This document shows, in pieces, positions 1 through 12,779 of a stretch of 64,000 bases of DNA. Within the stretch, counting starts at the first letter, position 1. Every line of letters begins with the position of its first letter. Source of the stretch: Octopus vulgaris (lineage: Eukaryota). The notes beneath the pieces were generated by a model. That model had not been told where the DNA came from. It saw only the letters and a program-made list of their open reading frames with translations, and ran no database searches. The stretch lies in assembly GCA_951406725.2 (NCBI GenBank), contig OX597818.1, forward strand, positions 143,654,001 to 143,718,000. The letters run 5' to 3'. The position numbers and the translations under genes were made by a program.

Positions 1-28
1 ACATTGCAAGTACGGTATATATGAAATA

Positions 29-102
<74 letters not shown>

Positions 103-396
103 ATGATAAAAGAGGAAGTGTATTAGTGAAATGTAATTAAGGGCAGCAAAGAGGAAATCAAAACCTCAAATAATACTGAAAATCCCAATGAATTATGAGC
201 TGCCTATTTTGTGAAGGGAACACTATACTTGCTTGCATCTGGTCCCTTTTCGACAATGAGGAAATAAAACGTAAAATTAACCTAAGTAGCTATTTCTTAT
301 CTTAGTAATACCTGATAGTTACGTTCTAAAGTTAACAAATAATGCGATTTGAAGAAAAACTAATGATAATAGAAGTTGGTCCGTACCATTTAACAT

Positions 397-820
397 GCGC
401 AGGAGTGGCTGTGCGGTAAGTAGCTTGCTAACCAACCACATGGTTCCGGGTTCAGTCCCACTGCGTGGCATCTTGGGCAAGTGTCTTCTGCTATAGCCTC
501 GGGCCGACCAATGCCTTGTGAGTGGATTTGGTAGACGGAAACTGAAAGAAGCCCGTCGTATATATGTATATATATATGTGTGTGTATGTGTGTGTATATG
601 TTTGTGTGTCTGTGTTTGTCCCTCTAGCATTGCTTGACACCCGATGCTGGTGTGTTTACGTCCCCGTCACTTAGCGGTTCGGCAAAAGAGACCGATAGAA
701 TAAGTACTGGGCTTACAAAGAATAAGTCGATTTGCTCGACTAAAGGCGGTGCTCCAGCATGGCCGCAGTAAAATGACTGAAACAAGTAAAAGAGTAAAAG
801 AGTAAAGAGAGTAAAGAGAG
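397..820 (+). mobile_element. tRNA-derived SINE (family B), full-length, with internal TA/GT microsatellite
   Basis: A-box-like gtggctgtgcggt, B-box-like gggttcagtcc, and a simple-repeat tail (gtaaaaga)n. Homologous copies lie elsewhere in the window. Confidence 0.85.
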
Positions 821-1479
821 TTTAGGGAAAAGCCTGATAAAAATCAAACATTTTTCGAAACTACACTTTTAGGAAGACTTTGAAAATTTGCCTCTGCAAA
901 TTTACGAACCACAGAAAGCCCACCACCACCGATTACATTTTTTTTTTGATAACAACTGTGTAGTCATAATTTTATGAAGTTTAATTTTTCAAGCTTAGTA
1001 CTAGAGTTATTTATTTACATATTCAAATATCTCAACAATTATCTTTCTCATCTAAGACAGAATAGACAAGCAGGCATGAAAGTCTTCTCGTTAAAAAATA
1101 AAGACTACTTCTGCCATGAAATTTAACAGGCTTCAACTTTTTAAGCTTTCAAAATCAGACCAGTTCGTTGTATTACACATCTCTGCACACGGTAGCCAGT
1201 GATGGATTTAGATTTAGTAAGAACCTAAGTTTGAAACTACTTTGATAAAAAGAAAAATTACGCCAGAAGGTCGCATAGAAATTGGAAACGTATATGCCTT
1301 TTAAGTATTTTGAGTCCTTTACGGATTGTGAAGACCTAAACTTTAGCTTATGCATAAATTCCCCTGTTGCCAACTTAAAATCACAATTTTATGCAAAATT
1401 TCGGTAGAAAAAAATGCCCCAAAGAATGCTAAAAATGCTAAATAATTATATCAAAAAGCTTAATTTTTATCTACTTTCT

Positions 1480-2665
1480 TTAATTATATTCAGCATTGAG
1501 AAATAATTTCTTGAATTTCACTGATTTGGTCACTTTCAGCTGCAGTGCCAAGGTCTTGACCTCTGTTGGCAATGTCAGTAAACTAATGGCAACATTTGCA
1601 GCATCTCTAAAAGGATTTCCTCCAGTAGCATCTTTATATTCCAAGACTTCCAACCAGAATGCCTCAGTATTAGATGTATTTGTCCATTTAACTAAATGAA
1701 TGCTATTAAACTGAATTTCAATTGAAGCAATTTTTTCTTCATTTAAATGCATTGCTTCTAAGACAGGTAAAATTGGCTCTTTGAAATGCTACAAAATATT
1801 CTCTACTGAAAAACATTTGATATTCCTCAGTATATCAATATTTTCTGGCAAACGGTGCTTGAGCTCTTTATGAAGGCAGAGTAAAAATTGTTGTGCTATT
1901 TCTGCTATCTTTCTCTCGAACCGTTTAGCCTAAATTTGGTTTAGGATCCAGAAATTTTTCAATAGAAGCATCAGGATCAAGAGGATCAATTCTACATGTT
2001 GGCAACACTATCATATTAGCAACAGATTCAAACGGTTTATTCACTTCCTGAACATGTTTCAAAATTGGATGCAAATGTAAAAGCTGACGTCCATTCCTAG
2101 AATCACAAAACATTCCACGTAACATTTGTGGTGTAAAGCATTTTTCTTTTGTAATTGTAGTTTGGAAGTGAGTTTGCAATTCAAACCATTGGCTTAAAAT
2201 TCTATTTGCAGCTGGTTCTATTGAGGACCACCTAGTTGTACAAGAACTCAGAATCTTCAAAGGCTCTTTACCATTGATAGCAAGGTAAAGCTGTTTGTCA
2301 GCACTTTGTCTTGAAGAATGAAAGAGCCATTTATAGGTTTCGGATATTGAAAATTCTAAATTTATGGGCAGGCATTCAACACAAATGTGGGATACCGCGA
2401 TACTGCCAACTGTAAAGGATGACACACACATCTAAATAGAAGTAATGACAGAACTTCTTTTTAATTTCTAGAAAACACCATCATTACTCTAGCTTTGTCG
2501 GTTCCTATAGCCAGTAAATGTTTTATATCTAATTTCTTTTTCGCTAATTCAATTTCTACAACGCCATCTGCATCACATATTTCTAAAGACACCATAGTGA
2601 GATATGTATGTACCACTTTTTTGTGAGTGTCCCTGTAATATATGATAACAAATCCTAACAACTTG
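1480..2665 (-). pseudogene. Fragmented hAT-superfamily transposase
   Basis: Broken ORFs with LLAIGTDKARVM (catalytic-Asp region), LKILSSCTTRWSSIEPAANRILSQW (hAT TRW motif) and FWLEV...NPFRDAANVAISLLTLP (start of C-terminal dimerisation region). Confidence 0.75.
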
Positions 2666-4638
2666 AGTGTCCGAGTAACACCTTATGTGTTTGCGCGCGT
2701 GTTTTATAAACACAAACTCAAACACGCATACACACACACACACACGTCTTGTGTTACAAACGGAAGAAAGAGAAAAACAATAAAGTGAAATATTTAAATT
2801 CTTAGTTACCTGATACTCCTATAGAAGTAACTTAAGGGTCGATAGTTTCGTGCTAAGGCACTTGTAAAATTTGTGGTGAAAGAATTAAAAGCTCTGAAAT
2901 TTTAACAGCCAGCTAAGCAAGTGTTTTGGAACGAAACTCTAAACTCTTGGTTCTCACTTGTAAGGATTATTAGCAACATCAGCTAATAAGATTATGGGTG
3001 TGTATGTAAGTGCATGCGCGTGTGCGTTTTTTTATGGGTAAATACACGCACGCACACACGTATACACACACACACATACACACACATTACAGATTACTTG
3101 CAAATGTGTATGTACATAGAGATAGAGGAATGGGTGGGAGAGAGAGAGAGAGAGAGAGACCGAAACAGCGAGAGTAAGAGAAGTAGAGTGAGTGAGAGAG
3201 AGAGAGAGAGATTAATATAATTTTGAGGCTGGTCTTTGTTAACGTATTCCAGCAAACTCGAAACGTTAATACCATTTACATAAGCTGTTGATGTCCGAAT
3301 AATCTCTTGGAGATCACAAATTAAAAACCGAAGACTCATCAATCAAACCCTAAATTTGAATCTTTGTTTTTACGTGCATTAGGAACATTAAAAATTGAAG
3401 CATTGGTATTAGCCTCGGTCATGTGTTGAACTAAGCTTGTATGAAACATGAAATATAGGGAGCACTGATACTATTTCGGAAGTTCTTTTAGGTATGTAAA
3501 TTTGAAAGCAATTAGAAATTGCCAACTATCGAGTGTATTACCAGAAAATCTTATCAATAGGATAGAAAACGTAAATTGTGTGAAATATTACCCTTGTGAC
3601 AGCAATGTTTAGGTTAGGTACCTAATTAGAGAAATCAGTCTAATCACCCTAAAGCAGTTCTTGCTTATAAAGTATAACTGGGGAATCAAGTGAATAGCGT
3701 GTCTTATTGTGAGAGCTGCAGAATGGGTTAGATTAGAGCGTAGGGAGGTTTAGCGAATCGGAAGTTTGTTTATTGAAAGAAAAGCATTCTGAAGATAGGA
3801 GTTGTATATTATTAGATACAGAGCCTGAAGGTGAAAGTACCTAATGAGTAATTTAACGAAGACTTGAAAGACGATTTGAAGTGCAACGATTTTATTAAAA
3901 AGAAAACTTTCAGAAATAAGATGTTTCATATTATCTAACACAATCAGTTAATGTTGTTGTTGTTGTTGTTGTTGCTGCTGCTGCTGCCGTTGCTTTTTAG
4001 CCCCAGGTTAGCCTAAATGACTAGACCTATGGTGAAAGGCATTCCAATGGTTACTGCCCCTGTTTTCCAACAATGTGTACAGCAAACTACATTATCCAAT
4101 GTGTCTGTTTTTAAATTTAATTCAGTAAGGTGTAATTTAAGAGAGATTTAGTTTCTATTTTCAGTAAGTAAAACGACCAGAAAGAATCTGCTCCATTGGC
4201 CCGAATAATTTCATGTATAATTTTTATGACTATGTAATAGTCATATTTGCAAGTTATTTGCAAGAATCAACCTAATTCAAGTCCAGAGCATTCAACTTGC
4301 GGCAAAGAGAAATATCCATGGAAAAATAAAGAGTGGAAAGAAAAAAAGAATACGCACGCCAATGCCATATCTACACCAAACACACCCAAAGCGACAACAA
4401 ACTCAACAGCAAACACACAAGCACAACAGCAGACAAACACAAAACCCCAACAACACCAACTAAATGCACAACTTCAGTGACATATCCCCACCTAACTTTG
4501 TCCTACATTTATTTACATTTTGTTTCCATGCAAACGGCCTCGTGTTTGTTTGAAATCTGATGGCGAATATTGAAATCCATCGCTCTTACCCTTCCACTTC
4601 TTCCTCATGATCGTTATTATTATTATCATTATTATTAT

Positions 4639-4858
4639 TAAGGCAGCGAGCTGGCAGACTCGTGAGCACGTCGGACGAAATGCTTAGAGATATTTCGTCT
4701 GCCGCTACGTTCAGAGTTCAAATTCCGCGGCGGTCAGTTTGGCCTTTTATCCTTTCGGGGTCGATAAATTGAGTACCAGTTGAGCACTGAGGGTCAATGT
4801 AATTGATTATCACCCTCTCCCAAATTTTAAGCCTTGTACCTATTGTAGAAAAGTTTAT
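4639..4858 (+). mobile_element. tRNA-derived SINE (family A)
   Basis: aaggcagcgagctggcaga..., B-box gagttcaaattcc, core gcctttcatcctttcggggtcgataaa..agtaccag (resembles the MetaSINE central domain). Confidence 0.85.
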
Positions 4859-4867
4859 TATTATTAT

Positions 4868-5160
4868 TCAGTAATCTTATTTTTATCACGTGCTTTCACT
4901 GCTCTGTGTGTCTTGGGTATGTGCTGTGGTTTGTTGAGGTGCTCTTATTTTCACTGTATTGAAAGTGTTATACATAGAATGTGTGCGGTGCCTAGTAGTG
5001 CTATTTTCTCTATGTTATATATACTTGTAAGTCCTGGTGTTTTTGTTATGTATTTGTCTGAATGTTTTTCTTTTTTATCATACCTAATGCGCTTGCTATA
5101 AAAAGAATTGTTTCTGTTTTTAGGCTCCAAATTCGAGTTACCTCTATTTTCAGATCTTTA
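4868..5160 (-). mobile_element. 3' end fragment of R4/Dong-type RLE non-LTR retrotransposon
   Basis: Homologous to 6364-6670 (ALLGTAHIL region and 3' UTR). Ends in (TAA)n. Confidence 0.75.
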
Positions 5161-5290
5161 TAATTATAATTATAATTCTTAAGGCGGTGAGCTGGCGGAA
5201 TCGTTAGCTCGCCTGGCGAAATGCTTAGCGTTATTTCGCCTGTTGCTACGTTCTGAGTTCAATTTCCTCCGAGGTCGACTTTACCTTTCG

Positions 5291-5805
5291 TGTGAAGATT
5301 GCCCCGCCGCCCTCTTTTAGCCGGGAAGTGAAGGCAAGATTTATTTGTCTAGTGGCTGTGGCGAAAGAGGTAGTATTGTGGGCCCATTTGAAAGGGCTAA
5401 AGACAAACACTTTTCTCTTTGGCCAAACCCTCATCAACTTTTTCAAGTTTCACTTGAAAAGAAAGTTGAGGGTGGAGAGGGAAGTATTGCTTTCTAGCAA
5501 GTTTGTTGGGTGGATGTTGGAAGAATGGCCAGTGTGAAAGGACCAAATCTGAGCGTGCATCTGTAAAAAAAAGCGGAAGAAGGTTTCTTGCCCTGTTGTT
5601 CAGGCACCCGTGGCTTTTGTGGGTTTTTCCACGAGGACCTTAAAGCGCATCCCCTATTGGGAGTTTAATTTGTTTAATGTTTAACTGTTATTTATATAAA
5701 ACTATTATTTATATAAAACCCATTTTATCGTCCTGGTTTTGTCTTTATGTTGTATGTCATTTAATGTTTTTGTATGTGAGCCCTTGTGGCCAATAAAAGA
5801 ATAAT
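5291..5805 (+). mobile_element. 3' end of an L1/Tx1-like LINE, placed after a truncated family A SINE head (5181-5290)
   Basis: ORF2-like C-terminus (VAVAKEVVLW...FFKFHLKRKLRVERE) is clearly homologous to 26690-26850. The 3' UTR ends gagcccttgtggccaataaaagaa. Confidence 0.55.
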
Positions 5806-5842
5806 TTATCATTATTATCATCATCAACATCATCATCATCAA

Positions 5843-5876
<34 letters not shown>

Positions 5877-6134
5877 GATCATCATCATCATCGTCGATCA
5901 TCATCATCATCATCATCATCATCATTACCGTTATTATTATTATTAAGATGGTGATCTGGCAGAATCGTTAACATGTCGGGCAAAATGAATTTGAATACCG
6001 CTAAGGGCGATTTTACCTTTCATCATTTCGAGGTCGATAAAATAAGTACCAGTTACGTACTGGGAGTCGATGTAATTGACTAGATCCTCGCTCCAAAATC
6101 TCAGGCCTTGTGCTTTTAATAGAGAGGAATATCA

Positions 6135-7276
<1,142 letters not shown>

Positions 7277-7305
7277 CATCATCATCATCATCATTATCAT
7301 TAATG

Positions 7306-7720
7306 AAGGCGGTGAGCAGGCAGAATCGTCAGTACGCCGGGCTGAATCCTTAGCGGCATTTCGTCCCGTCTTTCGTTGTGAGTTCACATTCTGCCGAGGT
7401 TGACTTTGCCTTTCATCCTTTTGGGGTCGATAAATTAAGTATCAGTGAAACACTGGGGTCAATGTAATCGACTAGTCGCCTCCCCCAAAATTTCAAGGCC
7501 TTGTGCCTTCAGTAGAAAGGATTATTGTTATTATTATTATTATATCTAGCGGCATTTCGTCCATCTTAACGTTCTGAATTCAAATACCGCCGAGGTTGAC
7601 TTTGCTTTTCATCCTTTTGGGGCCGATAAATTAAGTACTGGTGAAACACTGGGGTCGACGTAATCGACCAAGCTCCTTCCTCAAATTTCAGGTCTTGCGC
7701 CTTTAGTAGAAAGGATTATT
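7306..7720 (+). mobile_element. Two head-to-tail family A SINE copies
   Basis: Repeated gccgaggttgactttgc..ttcatccttttgggg.cgataaattaagta core and agtagaaaggattatt tails. Confidence 0.85.
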
Positions 7721-8359
7721 ATCTTACAAAAATTCTGCTTACCATTACGTAACTTAGCCCGTCGGTAACGTTTTCGCGTGATTAGAGAAAAAGAGGGAGA
7801 AAGAGATAAGGAGGAGAGAAAAAGAGGATAAGGCGAAGAGTGAGGCAGAAAGAGAGAGAAAGAAAAAGAGGGAGAGAGAAAAGACGGAGAGAGAAGCGTC
7901 CAGGACATGCGGTAGGGGGAACGTTATATTTCTTACGTGGTCAAAATGTTAGTTGACGGTAGTGATATAGAGGAGGGTTAGGAATATAATTTTAGCAGAG
8001 GAGTGATGTTCTGATGGTGAGGTTAAAGAGAGAGAGATGGAGGTAGGGAGAGAGAAAGAGAGAGAGGGGGGAGGTAGGGAGAGATAAAGAGAAAAAGAGA
8101 GAGAGAGAGAGAGAGATAATGAAAGCTGTACGCAAATTGAAATGTGTATCGGCTCTGACCATCACTTTGGCTTATAAGTTACCTACGATATGGTTTTCAG
8201 ATTATGTCATGCTACATTAAATTTTTACCCCGTGAAATTCTGATCCCTATATTTCACATATAAAATAATTTTTTTTACAATAAATTTTTTTTTTATAAAT
8301 ATGAGATTGTGACTATGTAAATTTTAAAATGTAACTTTTTCTGTTTATGGGGGAAATGG

Positions 8360-8413
<54 letters not shown>

Positions 8414-8603
8414 ACATTAAGACATCATTGTATTTCGATTTCCTTCCTTTTCAATGAATAGCAGATGAGCGACAATCTTTTGATACAGACACAACACAGG
8501 ATACGCTTTCAGGTTTTTTAAATAAAGTTTTCAGGATTAACCCGATAGGTTTATATTAATTCTATAAAATATTCATGGGTCCCGCTAGTTATTATTGTCA
8601 TAT

Positions 8604-9845
8604 AAGGCGGCGAAATGCTTAGCGGCATCTGTAGCACGTCGGCCGAAATGCTTAGCGGCATTTCGTCCGTCCCAACGTTCTGAGTTCCAATTCTGCGGAG
8701 CTCAACTTTACCTTTCATCCTTTCGGGGTCGATAACTTAGATACTAGTGAAACACCGGGGACGATGTAATTGACTAATCCTTTCCCCAAAAATTTCAAGC
8801 TTTGTGTCTTTAATAGAAAGGATTATCATCATCGTCATTATAGTTATTATTGTTAAGGTAGCAAGCTGGCAGAATCGTTAATACATCGGCGAAATGAGTT
8901 CAAATGTCCCCAAGATCGACTTTGCCCTTCATTTTTTCAGGGTCGATAAAATAAGTACCAAGCAAATATTGGGAATTGACGTAATCAACTACCCGCCTCG
9001 CCCCATATTTCAGGCCTTGTACCTATAGTAGAAAGGATAATTATTATTAAGGCGGCGAGCTGGCAGAATCGTTAGCACGACGGGCGAAATGCTTAGCGGT
9101 ATTTCGTCTGCCGCTACGTTCTGAGTTCAAATTCCGCCGAGGTCGACTTTGCCTTCAGGGTCGATTAAATAAGTACCAGTTATGCACTAGGGTCGATATA
9201 ATCGACTTAATCCGTTTGTCTGTCCTTGTTTGTCCTCTCTGTGTTTAGCCCCTTGTGGGTAGTAAAGAAATAGGTATTTCGTCTGAGTTCAAATGCCGCC
9301 GAGGTCGACTTTGCCTTTCATCCTTTCGGGGTCGATTAAATAAGTACCAGTTACGCACTGGGGTTGATATAATCGACTTAATCCGTTTGTCTGTCCTTGT
9401 TCGTCCCCTCTGTGTTTAGCACCTTGTGGGTAGTAAAGAATTAGAAATAGGTATTTCTTCGGGCTCTTTACGTTCTGAGTTCAAATGTCGCCGAGGCCGA
9501 TTTTGCCTTTCTTCCTTTCAGGATTGATAAAATAAATATCACCTGGGTACTAGGGTCGATGTAACCGAGTTGCAATTCCCCTCAAAAACTGTTGGTCCTG
9601 TGCCAAAATTTAAAATAAATATTATTAGGGCTGCGAGTTGGCAGATTTGTTAGTGAGTTGGACAAAATGCTTAGAGGCATATTTCTCTCGGTCCATTACG
9701 TTTTGAGTTCAAATCCCGCCGTGGTCGACTTTGCTTTTCATCCTTTGAATTATAAAAATATAAAGAACTAATTAAATATTGGGTCAATGTAAAAGCCCCT
9801 GCTGCTAAACTCGCCAGCCTTTTGCCAATATTTGATACCATAATT
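8604..9845 (+). mobile_element. Cluster of at least six same-orientation family A SINE copies
   Basis: The gagttc(a)aat..gcc..ggtcgactttgcc core recurs near 8680, 8895, 9120, 9285, 9475 and 9705. Confidence 0.88.
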
Positions 9846-10304
9846 ATTATTACTAATTCACTTCATTTTCTTTTGAAGCTTCCGAATTTTTAAATTCGAC
9901 AAAGTAAATGCTAGTCAATACTGGGACCAAGTTAACGGTCATACACCTCTTCTTCCTCCTCTGTTTATGCAATTCTTAACATTTATTTGGATAATGAAAG
10001 GGCAGACTGTTTGAATTGATCGATAGAATACCAAAGAATCAGGGTTGATTCTATTATTGCCACAGCATTCTGTGAATAATTGAACTCAATTTTCTATGGC
10101 GATAATTGTCAATTATATTTTTGGCTCTCTCTCTGCTGCTCATCATCCCACCTACGGAAAAAACTACATGTGACACACTAGCACCTTAACCAAGAGAAAG
10201 ATTTTATTTTTCTCTCAAATAACGTTACTGAAATCTTATGATTCTTCATGATTCGGAAAGCGAATATGAATAATGAAATTCCTTTGAAGTGAGTTAATTT
10301 TTCA

Positions 10305-10419
10305 TTATCACAATTGTCGATGGGACCGACATGTTATCAAAATTGTTATCATAATTGTCGATGGGACCGACATGTTATCAAAATTGTTATCACAATTGTC
10401 GAGCGACCGACATGTTATC
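10305..10419. repeat. About 2.8 x 41-bp tandem repeat
   Basis: ttatcacaattgtcgatgggaccgacatgttatcaaaattg starts at 10305, 10346 and 10387. Confidence 0.9.
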
Positions 10420-10460
10420 GGCCTCCATTGTCAGTGTTGCTCCGTCTGACAATGGAGGCC
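10420..10460. repeat. Perfect 15-bp inverted repeat (hairpin or mini-MITE)
   Basis: ggcctccattgtcag - 11 nt - ctgacaatggaggcc, with tatc on both sides. Confidence 0.85.
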
Positions 10461-11666
10461 TATCATTGTTAAGAAAGTTCAGAAGGATACGTTTGTAATT
10501 TAATGCATTATTTTGGTGTTTAAATGGCCCAGAGACTAAAGCTGGACCATAAGTTCAAAGTGTAGTCCAATGCAGCAAGGGAATAATTTAAAATTTCACA
10601 AGAAATTGAACGTTCGTCCGACCTAATCTCAGTTGCCAAGAATTACGCTAGTGTCGCATAATCGGGGCGGAACTTAAACACAGAACGCAAAAAGCTAGAA
10701 CAGATATCGCAAGGCACATCGCTCAAAAATCTAGCAATTCTACCAATCCACCGCCCTGGACTGGTCTTTCAATTATTGAATCGGAAAGTATATAAGGAAA
10801 AAGTTGATATCGACTGAATTTGAACTCATAGAGCAGAGATCTCTAATAAATACTGCAAAGCATTCGATCCGACGCCTTAACGACTCTGCTAACTCGCCGC
10901 CTCAGTCGAGGCTGTTAATACGCAATCGCAATTATAATATCAACACTCTTACATAAGTGGGTTAACTTTTAAGCGAGATTTCAGTATTCTGAGAAATAAC
11001 AAACCAGATTACTTTATCTTGAGTGTTTCTATAAATTCCTAGAGATAGTTTTATAATTGTAGGCCGAAAGATAAAGTGTAAGGCCGGGAGATAAAGTCTA
11101 ATATCCCCACTAAATTACTTCGTAAAGTGGATTGTCACTGTTCTTAACGGAATAATATAAACAATGATTTTCTGGGAAGTGAAGATAAGAGAAACAATGA
11201 ATCTTTATAGTATTGATCTGTATACTATTTAAAAAGATGGCATACCAATCTGAGTTCAAATCGTGTCGGGATCAAGTCTTTTCTTATTTTTTTTTTTTAT
11301 AGAGTATCATAGCTGAGATGATCGTCTATATTCTTCTACTACAAAAATGGGATTTGTGTTTTGTGAAAAAGGAAAGATATTCATTTCTCACACTGACAGA
11401 AAACCACGGGATTGTGCTGTACTTGGTTGGGTCAGCGTCAATATATAAGTAGACATTTTTTTTATTAACCCTTAGAGAAATGATGGTCAACTCGACTCAG
11501 AAATGGTTGAACTTAGAATGTAAAAAGGTCGATACTACATAGAGTAATCAAGTGATTATAAATCATTTTTTACTATTTTAACCCGCACTCCACTATATGT
11601 TCATCATGCAGAAGGATCCCCTGAGAAAATTTCTAATGTGATAGTTCATAAACTTAATCCATTGCC

Positions 11667-11950
11667 ATGAGGGTGTGTAGCTTAATGGTTAGTGTATTCG
11701 ACTCGTGAGTTCGATTCCTGGCGGCTTTATTTCACTTTGCTCCATTTCATCCAGTTGACAAAAAATAATTGTATCTTATATTCAAAGGGTCAGCCTCGTC
11801 ACATTCTGTATTACGCTGAATCTCGCTGAGAACACGTTAAGGATACACGCTTCTGTGGAGTGCTCAGCCACTTGCACGTTAATTTCATGCGCACGTTGTT
11901 CCGTTCATCGGATCAACTGTAACCCTCGTGTCCGTAACCGACGGAGTGCC
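11667..11950 (+). mobile_element. tRNA-derived SINE (family C)
   Basis: gtgtagcttaatggttag...gagttcgattcc head. Body is homologous to 55973-56280. Confidence 0.75.
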
Positions 11951-12779
11951 AAAAACATCCATTGCTTATCTTTACAGAAGTGCCTGGCTCTTGGGTACCT
12001 TTGATGGATACATTCAGGCCAGATTTCTAGTCTAAGAATAACTTCCACCTTTCACCCTACCAATCTAGGTGAGCCTGCAGAAGTCATTATTCTGATTCTT
12101 CCTCCTCTCTGTCTAAGACAAATATTCCCTAACAATTTCATTTCTTTCACATCAACAATCTTCTTGATTTTTAAACCAAGAATTGTTTTTCAACTGCAAG
12201 ACCGCCCTGATCGAACAGAGCTATGGTCAAGAGCATTCCAGTAATGACATCTTGTAGATGTATGTAGGGTTACATTACTTAATATGCTATTTTCTTATTG
12301 AAAATAGTGCTGGGTAATTTTTGAAGAATTTTAGCTGCTGTTTCTAGTTGCTCGAGCAGCCACATTGAAGTTCGTTCGTTGGCTGGTGCTGTTGTTTTTT
12401 GCATTGTTCTTGGTCAAACCTGATTAAACTGATTTTCCTTTTGTGATCAATATGTTGTATTTTTTCTTTTTTACAGATACGTCACATTGCATTATCCGGT
12501 TTGTCTTTTGCCATAGAGTGCTTAAGTTCATAGGATGTGATCAAGCCATTCATCCAGCCGGCCAGCCAGCCAGCAATACGTTTAGGCATGCATACATAAA
12601 TGCTCACATGCATTAATGCAGACAGACAGACACACATAGATACATACATACATACATACATACATATATGCATACATATATATAATATATATATATATAC
12701 ACTCATTCCCCCTCTCTCTCTCTCTCTTTTTTAACATGTATACACACGCGTATGAAAATACATCGGTTCGAATACTACC

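Noticed and set aside
397-470. Genuine tRNA genes at SINE heads (also 50375-50445 and 55973-56045)
   Set aside because: The tRNA-like A and B boxes run directly into SINE bodies, and I saw no complete cloverleaf.
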